Counted from the first letter of the whole stretch, positions 38,962-53,091 are shown. The stretch is DNA of 63,920 nt, filler included, from Neoconidiobolus thromboides FSU 785 (GCA_025603075.1; 10 parts of 10 records of this genome joined end to end with filler, not necessarily neighbours in it); one strand, 5' to 3'. Notes: a model not told the origin generated them from the letters alone. Numbers and translations are program-made.

Positions 38962-41272
38962 CTAATGATTAATCAATTTCCAATGAATTTCATTTTGTCC
39001 TGCTTTTAAACAATCTTTTACCATAAAATCAATTGCATTACAAATACTTAATAATTTTTCTAGTTTCCCACTCTTAGATCTCCTTAATTCCACTTTATCT
39101 TTATCCAGTTGAATTTTTGTTTTAAATTCCATTGAATATCTAGTAATAAATCCAGACAAAAAAGATAACTCTCGATCTAAATCAATAACAAAAGGTGGAT
39201 TAGGACCATGAAAACCAGAACTATGTAAAGGTGCAGAATATTCTTGTTGAACTGCTAATATTTCTGTTTCAGGTTCAGACTAAAATAATAGTATTGAAAT
39301 TAGTAACATTAAGATGGAAATTTATTCTTATTAAAAATAGGTTACCGCTATATAATCAATAAAATCCATCAAATTGTTCATATTATCCATAATAAACCCA
39401 TTCATTTGGGCCATATATGGCTCTTTAACACCAAAATCAGCTAAATTAGCTAAACATTGTAAAGATTTAGCTAATAAAGTTAATGTTCGATGAGTTTTTG
39501 GATCAGGATGATCTAAATGAAGATTATTTTAGTTTCAAAAAAAAGCGAAAAGTAATTTAATGGGAGGGTAAAATTTACCTTTGACTAATCCAAATAATTT
39601 AGGTGATAATACAGCAGGACAAAATAATCTTAAAAATAAGAAACCACTATATAAAAAGAATTTTATATTAATTATTAAGTATTATTATTATTTGTTTACC
39701 TAACACAAGTATATCTTGTCATTAATAACAATTCAGGTTGATTTTGATATTTTTGACCAATTCTTAATCTCAAATTAAAAAAGAATAATCTCAATTCCCT
39801 ATAAACTTAAATTAAACTTTTATTATCTCCAAATTAATTATTTACCTAGGACATAAATGTTTTGATAATTGAATTGAATTCCATAATCTCTCGCAATATG
39901 AAAATAAAATCTTCCATTGGTTTTTAACATCCTCAGGTCGTTCTAATTTATTACTATCTACTTCACAAACAATTTTATTATTACAAACTTCCCGAATAAT
40001 ACCACCAATAGTATCTTCTAAATATTGTAATCCAACCATTTTCATATAAGCATCAATTGTCTTTGTTAAGATAGAATTCCCTCGAAATAATATATTAGCA
40101 TCTTCAGTGTTATCGACTTCTTTATAAGCTAAATAATTTAATAATTCAATTGCTTTATTTTTACATGAGTATATCTTTAAAAAGGTTTCACTCAACCAAT
40201 CTAAATGTTGATTATTTAAAATTAAATCATAAATTAAATCTGATTTATAATCTAATATCAATTCTAATAAATTATAATATTCTCCACTTTTTAATATATA
40301 AACTTCATCATAACGTAATTTTAATCTTAAATCCCCATGATAGTTAAAAGATATTGGTAGATTTAATTGATTATTACTATTATTGTTCATTTGATTATTA
40401 TTATTATTATTATTGCTATTACTATTATTACTATTATTACTATTATAAGTATTAATATTATTATTATTATTACTTATATTATTATTATTATTATTATTAT
40501 CTTTGGATGAAAATAATGTTTTTTTCTTATTACTTGGTTTATCTTTTAACTTGTTATTGTTATTAGGATTAGAATCTCCCTCCATTAAGGGATACCAACC
40601 TTCATAAAATTCACCAGGACGAATAGATTTAACTGGAATAAAAGAATGAGCTAAACCAACATTTTTTGAATATTTATGATGAGATATCAAATTAATTGTG
40701 ATCCCATCTTTAAATCCTTGTAGATCTTCCATATGAAAATCTTCTCTCCAAAATGGATTATATGTTTTACTTTTAATACTAGTAAATCCAGTTAATTTGT
40801 CATCAAAATAAATTTGACAATAAATAGATTCATTTGTTCTTAAATTTTTGCCATCTAAAATACGCAACCAAAAAGAACGATATACTCGATATAATTTAGG
40901 TAATGGTAATAATTTACCAAAGATTTCAGGTTGAGCAAAAGATTTTAGTAAACAAATCCAGATATCTCGTTCCATAAAAGTTTCTACTTTAAAATAATAA
41001 GCTTCATCATCTGTAATATAAATTGAGAATGTGCTCTTTTCATTAAAATAAGAATCATCTAATTTATTAATATTAAACCGATTCATTTCTTTAATATCAA
41101 TTTTTAATAACAAATTTTTATCATTTTCAGTATACAATGATAAATACCCATATGAACTTAAATGTAATAGTATATTTTTCCAATTACCATATGTTGATGG
41201 ATGATTAAATGTTAAATCTTTATTTTTATTATGTTTATATTCTATAATAAAAATAATAAAATTATTAATATA

Positions 41273-41316
<44 letters not shown>

Positions 41317-43491
41317 TACCTCTTAAATAAGCTTTGCCAACTTTAATGATTTGTTCTTCAATATTAAGTTTTATTAATGATGATCTAGTAGAACTTAAAT
41401 CATCATAGGAATCTAATAAATTCAAATTGATTTTATTCATATCATTACTACTATTATTGTGATGATGAGTAACTATTGTATTATTGTTATTTTCATATTT
41501 ATTATAATTTATTGAATTATTCATATTATTTTCATTTGTTTTTTCATTTTCATTTTCATTTTGTTTTGCTATTAATAACTAAAATAAAATATTTATTAAT
41601 ATTTATTTTATTTATATTATTATTTAATATTTACTTTATAATTTTCTTCAGGTATGTATTTTTTAAAACAATTCATCCATTTTTGTTTATTTATTATAGT
41701 TTCATATTGTAAATATAATTCAAAATTACTAAATAAAATATTATTAATTATTGTAAAACATATATTATATATCATATAAAATTTACTTATTATCATCAAT
41801 CATTGATAATTTTAATATATGATTTTTAGTAGGATGATTATAATCTTCAATAATTGTATTAAATAAATGAATTGGTTCCTATAAATTAGATAAGTAATAA
41901 TAATAATAATAGTAATTAATAAGTTTACTTTCAACGTTTCATTATCTTGATGATCATATAAAATTAATTGAGATTTATGATTAATTTCAAAAAAACCTAA
42001 CTTTGAAGATGAATTATTTAAAAAATAAATTAAATAGCCAAAACATATTTGTTCTTCCTCATTATTTACATCTTTCATTGAATTATTATCATTATGTATT
42101 AATCCTAATTCTTTTTTATATGTTTTAAACTCCGTCTAATTTGAAAAATTAAAAAAATATTAAAATATTATTATTATTATATTAATCTTTCTTACCGAAA
42201 ATAATTCTTCTCCAATTTTATGATGAGTAGGTGGTATATCTAAATTAATAACTTCAGGAAACTAGAAATAATAAATAACAAATTAAAAATATTATAATAA
42301 TAATTAACAATAATAATTAAGATTACTGAATTTAAATTTTCTGCCATATTAGATAAAGTAGGTTCAGTTGATCTTAAAGTAGATAAACAATCGGAATGCC
42401 AACGAGTAAATCGTTCCATAAAACCAATTAATTTAAAATACCACCATAATTCACTATTACTTTTTAATTGATTTAGATAATCAATCCAATTTAAATAGCT
42501 TTGTACTTTATATAATTTTAAATTATATAATTCATGACTTTCCTATTAATTAAAATATAAATTAAATTAAATTAAATAAATGTTATATTACAGTATGATT
42601 TTACTATAATAATAATAATAATAATAATGATAATAATAATAATAATAATAATAATAAACTTACTTCAACTAATTGAATAGCTAAACTCGGTTCCATATAA
42701 CATTTTTTTAAACCAATAAAGGAACTTTTTTTTTGTAATAATTCATTACTTTGTTGTTGGTATTTTTGCATTTTGACCTAATTTAAAAAAAAAGTATTAG
42801 TTTTATATTACATATTAAATTATTATTATTATATTAATAAAATATTTATGTTTGTTTTATTATTATAATTGATAATTTCAACTTACTTCTAAATCCTCTT
42901 GAATTCTTGATTTCATGTTTAATACTGGTACTAAGAAATAATATTATAGTCAATATTGATTTATTAATAAACTTAATTTTATTCTATTTACTTATGACTT
43001 CTTGATCCATAACATTAAGTAAAGAAATATGAGTATTAAATATTAATTCAATTGATTTACTCATTTTATCTAATTTAATAAATAAATAAATAAATAAATA
43101 TTATTAGTAAATGGAAATATTATTAATAATATGATAATATAAAGGTACCTACCAATTAATTGTTCATCAAATGAATCTTTATAAATACCTTCTCTTAACC
43201 CTCGAAATTTTTGCGTCATCAAATTAGTACGTTGTTGAAAAACTAGAAAATAAAATAAATATATTAATAAGCTGGACTCAAAATAAACATAGATAATAAA
43301 ATATGATAAAACATAATCAATTAACATAATTACTGTTTCTTACCTTTCATACTTTCAATAATCCCTCGATACGCTTTAACCCAAGTACTAATCTCTTGCC
43401 AATCTTTTAATATTGAAGATTGTACTTCAATTACAGATTGTCGAAATACTGGATGATCATTATATGCTTGTTTAATGTTTAAAGTGACCAT
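38962..43491 (-). CDS. Ras GTPase-activating protein with BAR-PH-PH-C2-RasGAP architecture (Bud2-like C-terminal half), multi-exon
   Basis: RasGAP motifs LFRGNSILTK, SGFLFLRLFCPA, RTLTLLAKSLQ and IDLDRELS. C2 motif PFWREDF. Two PH-like segments each end in a Trp-containing helix. N terminus MVTLNIKQAYNDHPVFRQSV resembles the ACAP/centaurin-beta BAR start. Confidence 0.85.
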
Positions 43492-44592
43492 TTAATGTTA
43501 ATAGTAACTATAGTTATAATAAAGAAGCTGGAATGTTTTTTATAAATATATACTATAATTATATTTTTATGTAAATAAGATACAAATAAATAAGATAAAG
43601 AAAGAATAAATTTAATTTTATAAACTTTGTTTAATTTGTTTTTATTATTAATCTTACTTTGGAGTTAATACTCCCCCTGAATCTTGCATTTCTCATTGAT
43701 TTTTGAAATTAAAAGAATTCAAGTTATTTTTTAAGGGCTGGATTTACCATCTCCTTTTTTTGGCCTTTTTTTAATGTGTTGGTTTTTAAAAGTGACTTTA
43801 TTTTTATACATTTTAACGTAATAAATTTTGATTTAAAAGCCAATACACACCTAATTAGTTTTATTTTTTTATTATAATAGTAATAAATTAAAGAATTAAA
43901 AAATAAAGTAGAAGAATTGTTTTATTTTATTTAGTATTAAGATTTAATGAATTTCAATAATAACTATCGAAAAGTGAACAAACATTAAAATAAAGGGGTT
44001 ATTTTGATTTCAAGTGATATAGGAGAGCTTAATTTTTAGAATTTTACGAATCGAATTTTACTAAGTTTGAAAATAATTAAAGTCATGAAACAAATAAAAT
44101 TTACATAAAATTTTGTTATAAAATGTGAGTTTCATAAGAACGGATTTATGCAAAATGTTGTAAAAAAATCATAAATTATATTATTTTAATATAATATAAT
44201 ATATATCATTATTACATTTACTAAAGAAATAATTAAATCATTTACCAGATATCATAAATTAAAGACACTACCAGATTCAAAACTACAGTCATTATAAAAA
44301 CAGATAGTTTTATAATGACTGTTAATAATTTATAATTTTGGCTGCTTTAATCAAATAATATTTATTTAAAAGCTAGAAATTTTTATAAAAACGATTAGTT
44401 ATATAAATTAAAAATATATTAACTATACTACAAATATAAAACTGACTGAAAATAAAGCTTTAAAATAGTTTTTATATATTATCAATATTAGCACCGAATT
44501 ATAATATAATTATATATATATATTATTAGATACCTTTAAAAAAATGTAAATAATCATTATTTAAAAATTCAAAAAGTTTTTTATTAATAAAT

Positions 44593-44980
44593 GTGGAATA
44601 TCGCTTTGTTAGTGCCATGATTGATTATAACATAACAATCACTTAAGTTGTTGTGTTTTCGAGTTCAGAAACAATCAATCTCAAGCTTTTTATTTCTATT
44701 TGCTATAACAATTTCTAACGTATATCTCAAAGAATATTATCCTCTCGTTTTGATATCTATACTTGATCAAGTATAAAAGAGATTCTTCAACATAATAACT
44801 CGAGACTTTTTAATTGAGTTATCCTTTGATATTATACCTTTAATAAAGTCATTAAATCTTTCTATTAGTATTTTACATAAATTTTATAGTAGTATCATCT
44901 ATTCTACTTATCTTACATAGTCCATAGTCTATTATGTGCTATTCTTCATAAATTCAACTCTATCTTAATTACATAAACTA
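44593..44980. repeat. Dispersed repeat family C, copy 2 (runs to contig end)
   Basis: Colinear, diverged match to 38016-38402. Confidence 0.85.
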
Positions 44981-45080
44981 NNNNNNNNNNNNNNNNNNNN
45001 NNNNNNNNNNNNNNNNNNNNNNNNTTAATTAATTAANNNNNNNNNNNNNNNNNNNNNNNNNNNNNNNNNNNNNNNNNNNN

Positions 45081-45120
45081 AATAATTCAAATAATAATAA
45101 TTCAAATAATAATAATTCAA

Positions 45121-45152
<32 letters not shown>

Positions 45153-48100
45153 TACAATAATAATAATAATAATAATAAAGAAATAACATCAATATTATCA
45201 AATACAATAGAAACAATAAAAGAATCATTTAATATTAATGGTTTTCTAGAAAAAGTAGCATCTCCTTTGTTTATGCAATTAAGTTTTTGTTTTTATAATC
45301 CAAATTTAAGTCAACAAAACTATGAACTAAAAACAAGTCAAGTACCAACATCATACAAAGTTAAAGAAAATAATAAAATAATTGATTATTCACCAAAAAG
45401 TATTGGTAATGAAGAATCTCCTTTAATTTCAAATGATGATACAAAAGCTAAAATTAAATTAACATTTTATTTACCACATTCATTAGATATTAAACTAGAA
45501 GAAAAAATAAAACAAATCAAAAATAATAATCAAAAAGAGATTATAAAATATGAAGCAATAGAAGCTATATTTAATAACAATCAACGATTAATAATTAATG
45601 AATTCAAATCAAGATTAGAATGGCTAATAAAAGAAGAAATTATTGATGAATTAATAACATATCAACCAATTAATAATATTTTATTAAATTATATAAAACA
45701 AAATTTATCAATACGAAATCCATTTATGGATTTTCCATCAGCATTTAATATTAGTTTAAAATTTGTTAACAAAAAAAGAGGAAAAGAAATATTTTGTAAT
45801 GAATTAAATGAATTAATAGAGTTTCCATTTATAATAAAAAAAGAAGGTAATTATTTTTATATACAAATAGAATCAAATGAGAACAAACAAAATAATAACA
45901 ACTCAAACAATAATAAAATTCAATTTATAAATCAACAAGAAAATAATAATAAAGAAAATGAATTATTTAATGAATTGTCAATCTATATGATAGACAAATT
46001 CAACTTGAATGAATTCGTACCTAAATTTTGGATGATATTAATTCCTAATGAAAATTATGTTCATTTTCTTTTCTTTTGTAGATATTTATCAGGTGTAGAT
46101 AAATCACGTATTGTACAAAGAATAAGAAAAAAAATAGCATTGTTATTAATGAGAGTTAATCAAATGATATTATTATTAGAATTAAATGAAACAAGAATGT
46201 GTAATAAATTATTAATACCACCTGATACTCAAGATGAACCTTATTCATCTGATGATGATTTGTTAAATGAAGAAGAGAATGAAGAAGAGAATGAAGAAGA
46301 GAATGAGAAAAACGAAGAAGAGATAAATAGTATGAAAATGAATAAAAACAAAAGAATAATAAAAGAAATAAATAATATTCAATTCTCAATTCAATCAAAT
46401 AAATTCCAAATTGGTCAATTTGAATGTCCATTATTATTTAAACAAAGTTTTCCATTACATTGGCGATTAAAACCAATGCAAGCCTTAAATTATATCTTAA
46501 CTACTGTTATGCATCCATTATCTGTAATTAATCGACATAATTTATATGTTATTAATGATCAAAACTCAGTTTATTATTTAAGATTAAATGAAAATGAAAT
46601 TAATATTCTAGATGAAAATTATATTGATGATTTATCAAAAAGTAGTTTAAATTTGTCTCAATCTTCAGAATATAATAATAATAATAATTCAAATAACTCA
46701 AATAACAATCAAATAATATTATCAGATGAAAATCGACCAAGTTCTATTATTACTGAATCTTCAATAAATTCATTTCCAAATTCACCTTCGATAAAGAGAC
46801 CCAATTCATCTACATTATTATCTCATTTAAGAACATCAAATTATCAACAATTGTTACCATCAATAAATTCTAATATACAAGATTATCGAGAATTAGTATT
46901 GGAAGTATATGGAATAACAATACCAAGTAAAGAAATAACAGAAGAATTACCCAATTTAATTTATAATCGATTAATGAATCATTTAACTTTAAATGTAATG
47001 TCTTCTTTTTTAGCCAGAAATGTAACATTAAAATTAAGTTTGCCAGATATTAATTTTATATTTCCATTAAAAAAATATCCAAATCCCCAAGCTAAATTAC
47101 AAATTCAATTACCTAATTTTATATTAAATCCCATGTTATTATTAGTTTATATTAAACAAAATGTAACTAATTACCTTCATCCATTAACGGGTAATGAAGC
47201 TAAATTACAATATAAAAAATTTTGCCAGGATTATTATAAATATCAATTTAATACTGAAAATAATTCAAATAATAATTCAAATAATAATAGTAATAGCAAT
47301 AATTCAAATAACAATAATAATAATAATTCAAATAACAATAATAGTAATTCATGTGAATGTTTTGTAGGTGATTTTATTATGTTTTATAATTCAATAGCAT
47401 CACGATCGCCAACTCAAATTGAAGCTACTATTGGACAAGGTATTGGATTAGTTTGTTTTACTATAATTAATTTAAAAGAAAATGAATTACAATTTTTGCC
47501 AAACGAAAAAAATCTACAGCATTTAGGATTTCGACCATTGTTAACTGGAGAATCATTTGATATTGAAACGATAATTGAAGAAAAGGAAAGTAAAAATCAA
47601 AAATATCAATTAAATTTAGATTTATGGGGAATAGGGAATATTAATTTAAATCAATTCAAGTTGCAATTATTATTAAATATTAAACAAAGTTTATTAGACT
47701 ATGTATTAGATTGTTGTACTAAAAGTTTTCTAATGGAAATACCATTAATATCAAATGATAAAAAAATGACTCGAGTTCACTCAGAATCAGATAAATTTAA
47801 ATTAGGCTCAATAAATAACTTAGAAGAAAATAAAATATTATTAATTAATAGTATTAATTTTGATTTAAGATTATTTCAACCAACATCAAATATAATTGAA
47901 TTTGGCAACAAGTTAAATAATCCAACAATGTTCCAATACCAAATTAAAAATCAATTTAATGAATCAACTCAAAGATTATTAATATCTCAATTAATTGATT
48001 GGTTATCAGATTATCATTCTTGTTTTTCACCTATTTTATTACAAGTCAATAAAAATGGAATGATTAACATTATTAACAATTTTAAATTAAATAATAATAA

Positions 48101-50552
48101 TCAATCAAATGAATTAATACCTAAAAGATATACAATATTAAGTGGATTACCTGAATTATCTAACAAAATAAATAATAACAATAGCAATAATAACAGCAAT
48201 TGGAATTCATTTAATGGATTTATGAACAATATTAGTAGTAGAAGAAGTTCAACAGAAGACATTATTAGTATTAAAAGTGGACAAACTAAAAACTTAATAA
48301 AAAAAGAAAAATCAATTGAAGAAATACTATTACATTCATCAATTCAACAAACTCATTTATGTAACAAATATAATAATAATAATAACATAATGGAATTAAA
48401 TCGAAGTTATTATTTAATGATTAATTTTGATAATCAAAGTATCAAAATTAATAGTTATAATTTGAACAAACAATTCAATTTACAACTAAAATTGTTTTTA
48501 GATAAAATAGTACAATTTGACTTATCTAGGAAAAATTTATTAGATTTTATATTACAGCAAAAAATGGGTTGTTTTCATCAAAAATATCAAATTAACATGT
48601 TAATTAATCAATCACCTATTATTAGTAATCAAAATTCAGAATATTCTAAAATATATAATAATAATTCAAATAACAATTCAAATAATAATATAATGAAAAA
48701 TAGTAATAATAGTTATGGAAGTTTAGAAAATGAAACTAAAGTCAATAATAAGCCTAATATTGATTTACATCGATTAGGTTTATTAATAAGGCATACAACA
48801 CCTAATAAAATACGAAATAGTATTGGAATAGATTTAAGAATTAAAACGAATGAATCAAATGTAATAGAAACAAAATCAATAATAGACAATTGTAGTATAA
48901 AATCAATAGAAGATAATAATAATAATACCAACAATATTAAAACAATTGAATTTCAACAACAATACCCTAATATTCATCGAGTATTATATTTAGCGCCATC
49001 TGAAATAAAGATGAATAATATGACAATGAAACATTATGATTATTTACAAATTCATGGACAAGAATTTATGGAGCAATATAATAATTTATTAAATCATCCT
49101 AAAACTGATTTTGAACAATTTCATTTATTAATTGAAAAACTAAAATTATTATTTGAACAAAATAAATGCCTAAATGAACCAGATGAAATGGAAATTATAT
49201 TGAATCAATGTCATCTAGTTCATTTATGTAGAACTCCATTATTTCAATTTAAAACAACAAATTCAAGGCCATTATTTTTAGACTTATTTTTCAAAAAGGA
49301 AGATATTAATAGTAATCAATTTAAATTATGGTATTTAAATGTAATGAAAAATTTAATGAATGAATATGGAAAATATTTGAAATCTTTAGGATTACAATTT
49401 TTAGGAGAAGAAGTTAATAATATTAATACTAATATTAGTAATACATGTTATTCACCAAGTTATTATCAAATATGGACAAATAATTTGCCAATATTTTTAA
49501 GATTAAAAATAAAAGATATGTTTGTTCATATTGATATTTACTCAATACCAATAATAAATCATTATCATCAAATAGAAAATAAAGTAAATACTCAATTGAA
49601 TAAAATCAATTTATTAAAAAAGAAAATTCATGGAAATTCATTTATTTACGATTATCATATACAACATATTAAACATTGGTTAGAAGGACAACTAGAATAT
49701 TTGCCTAAAGTGAATTTATTAAGATTAATTCAATCGTTTATTAATTCAACATTGATAAGAGGAGATTACTCTAATAATTTAATAGAAACTGGAGATATAG
49801 TATTAACTAAAATTAATAACTTAAAAGAAATTTATTATTATATTATTAAAAATCCACTAAGGTATGAAGTTCGTAATGTTTATTTTAATAACAAACCTAT
49901 TGGATTTTATTTTAAAGATGAAAAATTAATTAAAAATCAACGAGTATTAATAGTTTCATTAAAAGAAGAAGAAGATAATAAAATAATAAAATTACAATAT
50001 TGGAATTTAATAGTTGTTGATCAACCAATAGTTAATTCATTACCTTCCAGTCCAATAAATAATGAATTAATGGAAAAATCCGAATATTTAATTGAAAATA
50101 AGTTAGAAGAAGTTATAGAGCAATTTAATAAAGATAAATTATGGAAACAATTTCAAGAAGATGGGAAACAATTTTTAGCTGAGGAATTAAATTTATTCAA
50201 ATCTCAATTTTATTTTATTGATTTAATCCCATTAGAACCCGCATTTAATGAATTAATTGAATATAATTTAAATTGGTTAAAATTAATTCAATCTTTAGCT
50301 TTAAATCCCAATTTAACTACTAAAGTATATAAAGAAATTGATAATTTATTAGAACATTACATCTTTTTTAATCAAGTTAATTCACATCATGTAATTTATA
50401 TAAAATTAAATTTAAAACAAGAAAATGAATTAAATGTTTATGCTGTATCAAGGGACTATAGAAATCAACTATTAAATGTGGAATTTGAACATTCACAAAG
50501 ATTTTTTAATTTATTATTGTTTGAAATATGGAGCGAATTACATTTATCATAA
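45081..50552 (+). CDS. SZT2: SZT2 (KICSTOR scaffold) homolog, 5'-truncated
   Basis: The frame is open from the contig start. VNQMILLLELNETRMCNKLLI, GQFECP...HWRLK...LSVINRHNLYV...VYYLRLNE and EITEELPNLIYNRL...TLNVMSSFLARN...KLSLPDINFI match SZT2 central blocks as I recall them. Confidence 0.8.
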
Positions 50553-50671
50553 AAAGTAGAAAAGATAAAAGNNNNNNNNNNNNNNNNNNNNNNNNNNNNN
50601 NNNNNNNNNNNNNNNTTAATTAATTAANNNNNNNNNNNNNNNNNNNNNNNNNNNNNNNNNNNNNNNNNNNN

Positions 50672-50764
50672 GTTATACGCCCTGATGCCTATATTTCTTT
50701 TAATCAATCGAGTACTTCTGTGGAGAATGTCTTAAACTATTTTAAAACTTTTATTAGCTTATAG
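50672..50764 (+). CDS. 3' end of an FAD-dependent aromatic monooxygenase
   Basis: VIRPDAYISF...NYFKTFISL* resembles the xxRPDxY motif at the C terminus of phenol-hydroxylase/PheA-like enzymes. Confidence 0.6.
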   Translation, partial: VIRPDAYISFNQSSTSVENVLNYFKTFISL

Positions 50765-51375
50765 ATGTCATGGATGCTCTTAACTTTCGATTAGATGATT
50801 TTTAACACTAAAAATTGACATCATTAAATTAACAAAAATAAAATATTTTGAATTTTGTTTTAGATATTTTCTATAAATTTTTTAGATTTACAGCATTATT
50901 GAATATCCTGCTGATGTGGATTCAGGCTATATAATAAGATATAACAGGAAGATGTTGTCTGAGTTGTGGGGACCTATTGAAAGCTTAATTATACAGTATT
51001 TTCAATAAGATATTTTATAGTTCAAGCTTAAAAACTTGCATTAGAGATGTAGATTTTTTAGCCAAACGTGAAGGGAAACATGCTCTTATAATTGCTTCTC
51101 AATCTAAAAGCGGTGTTAGATGAAGGACTAGCCTTTTTTTCCTCTTGAGGATCTTTTCTGGCCCTTTTCTATTGAATTCTACTAAATTTTTTCGTACTTT
51201 TCTTTGAAATAAATTATTTCCTATCCTTTGACTGGTATATTTAAAAAAATCTTCATTACACTTTATTAAGAATTTATAAATTCATTTTAGTTCAATTTAG
51301 TATAAAATTTCAAAACTACTTATTGTATACTACTATAAGTTCTAATGTACAAATTTGATTTTTATAATTATCAAC

Positions 51376-51482
51376 ATATGGGGATGTATTTTTGTGTTTA
51401 AGAATTTTACTAACAAATTTTCCGCTTAAATAACGCTTAAAAAATGGAAAAAATAATGAAGTTAAAAAAAACACTCCCATAT
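51376..51482 (+). mobile_element. MITE family A copy
   Basis: ATAT-GGGGATGT...ACACTCCC-ATAT; close to consensus. Confidence 0.9.
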
Positions 51483-51547
51483 TTTATTAGTAATAATAGG
51501 GCTTAGTTTGATAATCAATTGCTTTACTAGTATTTTTCATTAAATTC

Positions 51548-51653
51548 ATATGGGAGTGTTCTTTTTGGTTTCATTACTTTTTCCATCTTTTAAACACTAT
51601 CGAGCGGAAAAATCATTAGTAAAATTCTTAAACATGAAGACATATCACCATAA
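51548..51653 (-). mobile_element. MITE family A copy, inverted relative to 51376
   Basis: Reverse-strand consensus match 65 bp after the previous copy. Confidence 0.85.
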
Positions 51654-53091
51654 TATACAAAAATGATTTTAAACTTGTAGTTTATAATACATCTGTTAAA
51701 ACACAAATGTGCAGTGGTTAGCAGTAATTTTTATGATTAATAGTTTGTATCGTTTTCTGATTTATAGCCTAATGCTTAAATTATTAATTCAAAATGAGCA
51801 GTCATTTATTCCATTTTTAGACTTTAATAGCTGTAAATTAGTAATAAACTTTATGATTTTAAAAAAATTATTTTAGATAACAAATTGAACCTATAATGTA
51901 ATAGTTAATGTGTCATTATTTAAACTGTGATATAGGTTTAATTCTTGGTGGGTTCTCCAGTCCCACCAGGAAATTTTGCACTTTTTATGTTTTTTATTTA
52001 ATCTTAATCCTTTCGGTCCTATGGATGAGATATCTGGTCACAGCTTTTTTCCAGTTTAATGGTGATGAAAACCTCATCCAATTTGGCCCAGTTAAGAGAT
52101 GAATCTTGTTCAAAATGAAGTTATTTTAAATTTTGTTTGGTATCAAAAGGGTTAATAAGTCGTTTAAAATTATTAGCTCTAGAGTTTCAAAAAAAACGGT
52201 TGTTTTTAAAGAAATTTTAAAATTTCAAGCTGGGCTTAAAATGTAGATAAATACTAAAAAATCATTTACAATATTTAAAAGTGAGTTCAGTCACCATTCT
52301 CATAAATAAAACACTTAGAGCATTACTTTTTAAGACCTAAAAGCAGATTAAGTTTTTTTAACTTGAGTTTTAATTTGAGAAAGTTATTCAATTTATCATT
52401 TAAAAGCCAAACTATAGTTCTATTTATTCTACACTTTAATTATTTTGAATAAAAATCATATTTTGTAATTTTAAAGTTACTTTTAGCTACATTTTAAATA
52501 AAGTTTGAAAAAATGTTTCAAATATTTAAATATGCATATCTGTCATTATTACTCAACAAAAATAAGGAAATAGTAGCTATATATAAAGTAATGCTAGACA
52601 TTTGCATAGGTTTCAATATTTTTATTGAAATAAGCATGGATATTTTTGATTATAAGTGAAGTTTATTTTGTGTAAAAGCAAAAAAATTATTGAAAACTAC
52701 TTACTGTTGCAATCTAATACCCCTACCATGTTAAGCTTTAAAAACAGTAAAAAAATTCGTGGAATACCTAATGAATACCGAAATTAAGCTAATTATAGAA
52801 AATTAGAATGTTAAAATCAAAATCAAAATCAAAAATTTTCGGTGAACACAGCCTAAAGTTTTTAATTTAGTAAATATGCTATTAAATTTATTGTGTCGGT
52901 TTATGCATCCAATTTAAACCGATATACTACTTTCAATGATAATACCAATATTTAGGTTTATAGTATAAAAATTAAAACCGATAAACTATAATTTAGTAAA
53001 TTTTAATTTAATTTGATTCAATTTGCCTGTGATATGAGAATTAGAGAGCTATATAATGGACTAAAATATAGTTATTACATTATATATCAAA

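Noticed and set aside
43658-43696. Upstream mini-exon MRNARFRGSINSK as the RasGAP start
   Set aside because: No acceptor joins it in frame; in-frame stops precede the ATG at 43491. At most a uORF.
45081-50552. Alternative genetic code or stop readthrough
   Set aside because: Long ORFs read cleanly in the standard code, and genes end in TAA, TAG and TGA.
51947-51968. GGGTTC...AGTCCCACCA resembling a tRNA T-arm and CCA end
   Set aside because: The loop has extra bases and there is no D-arm, anticodon arm or acceptor stem upstream.
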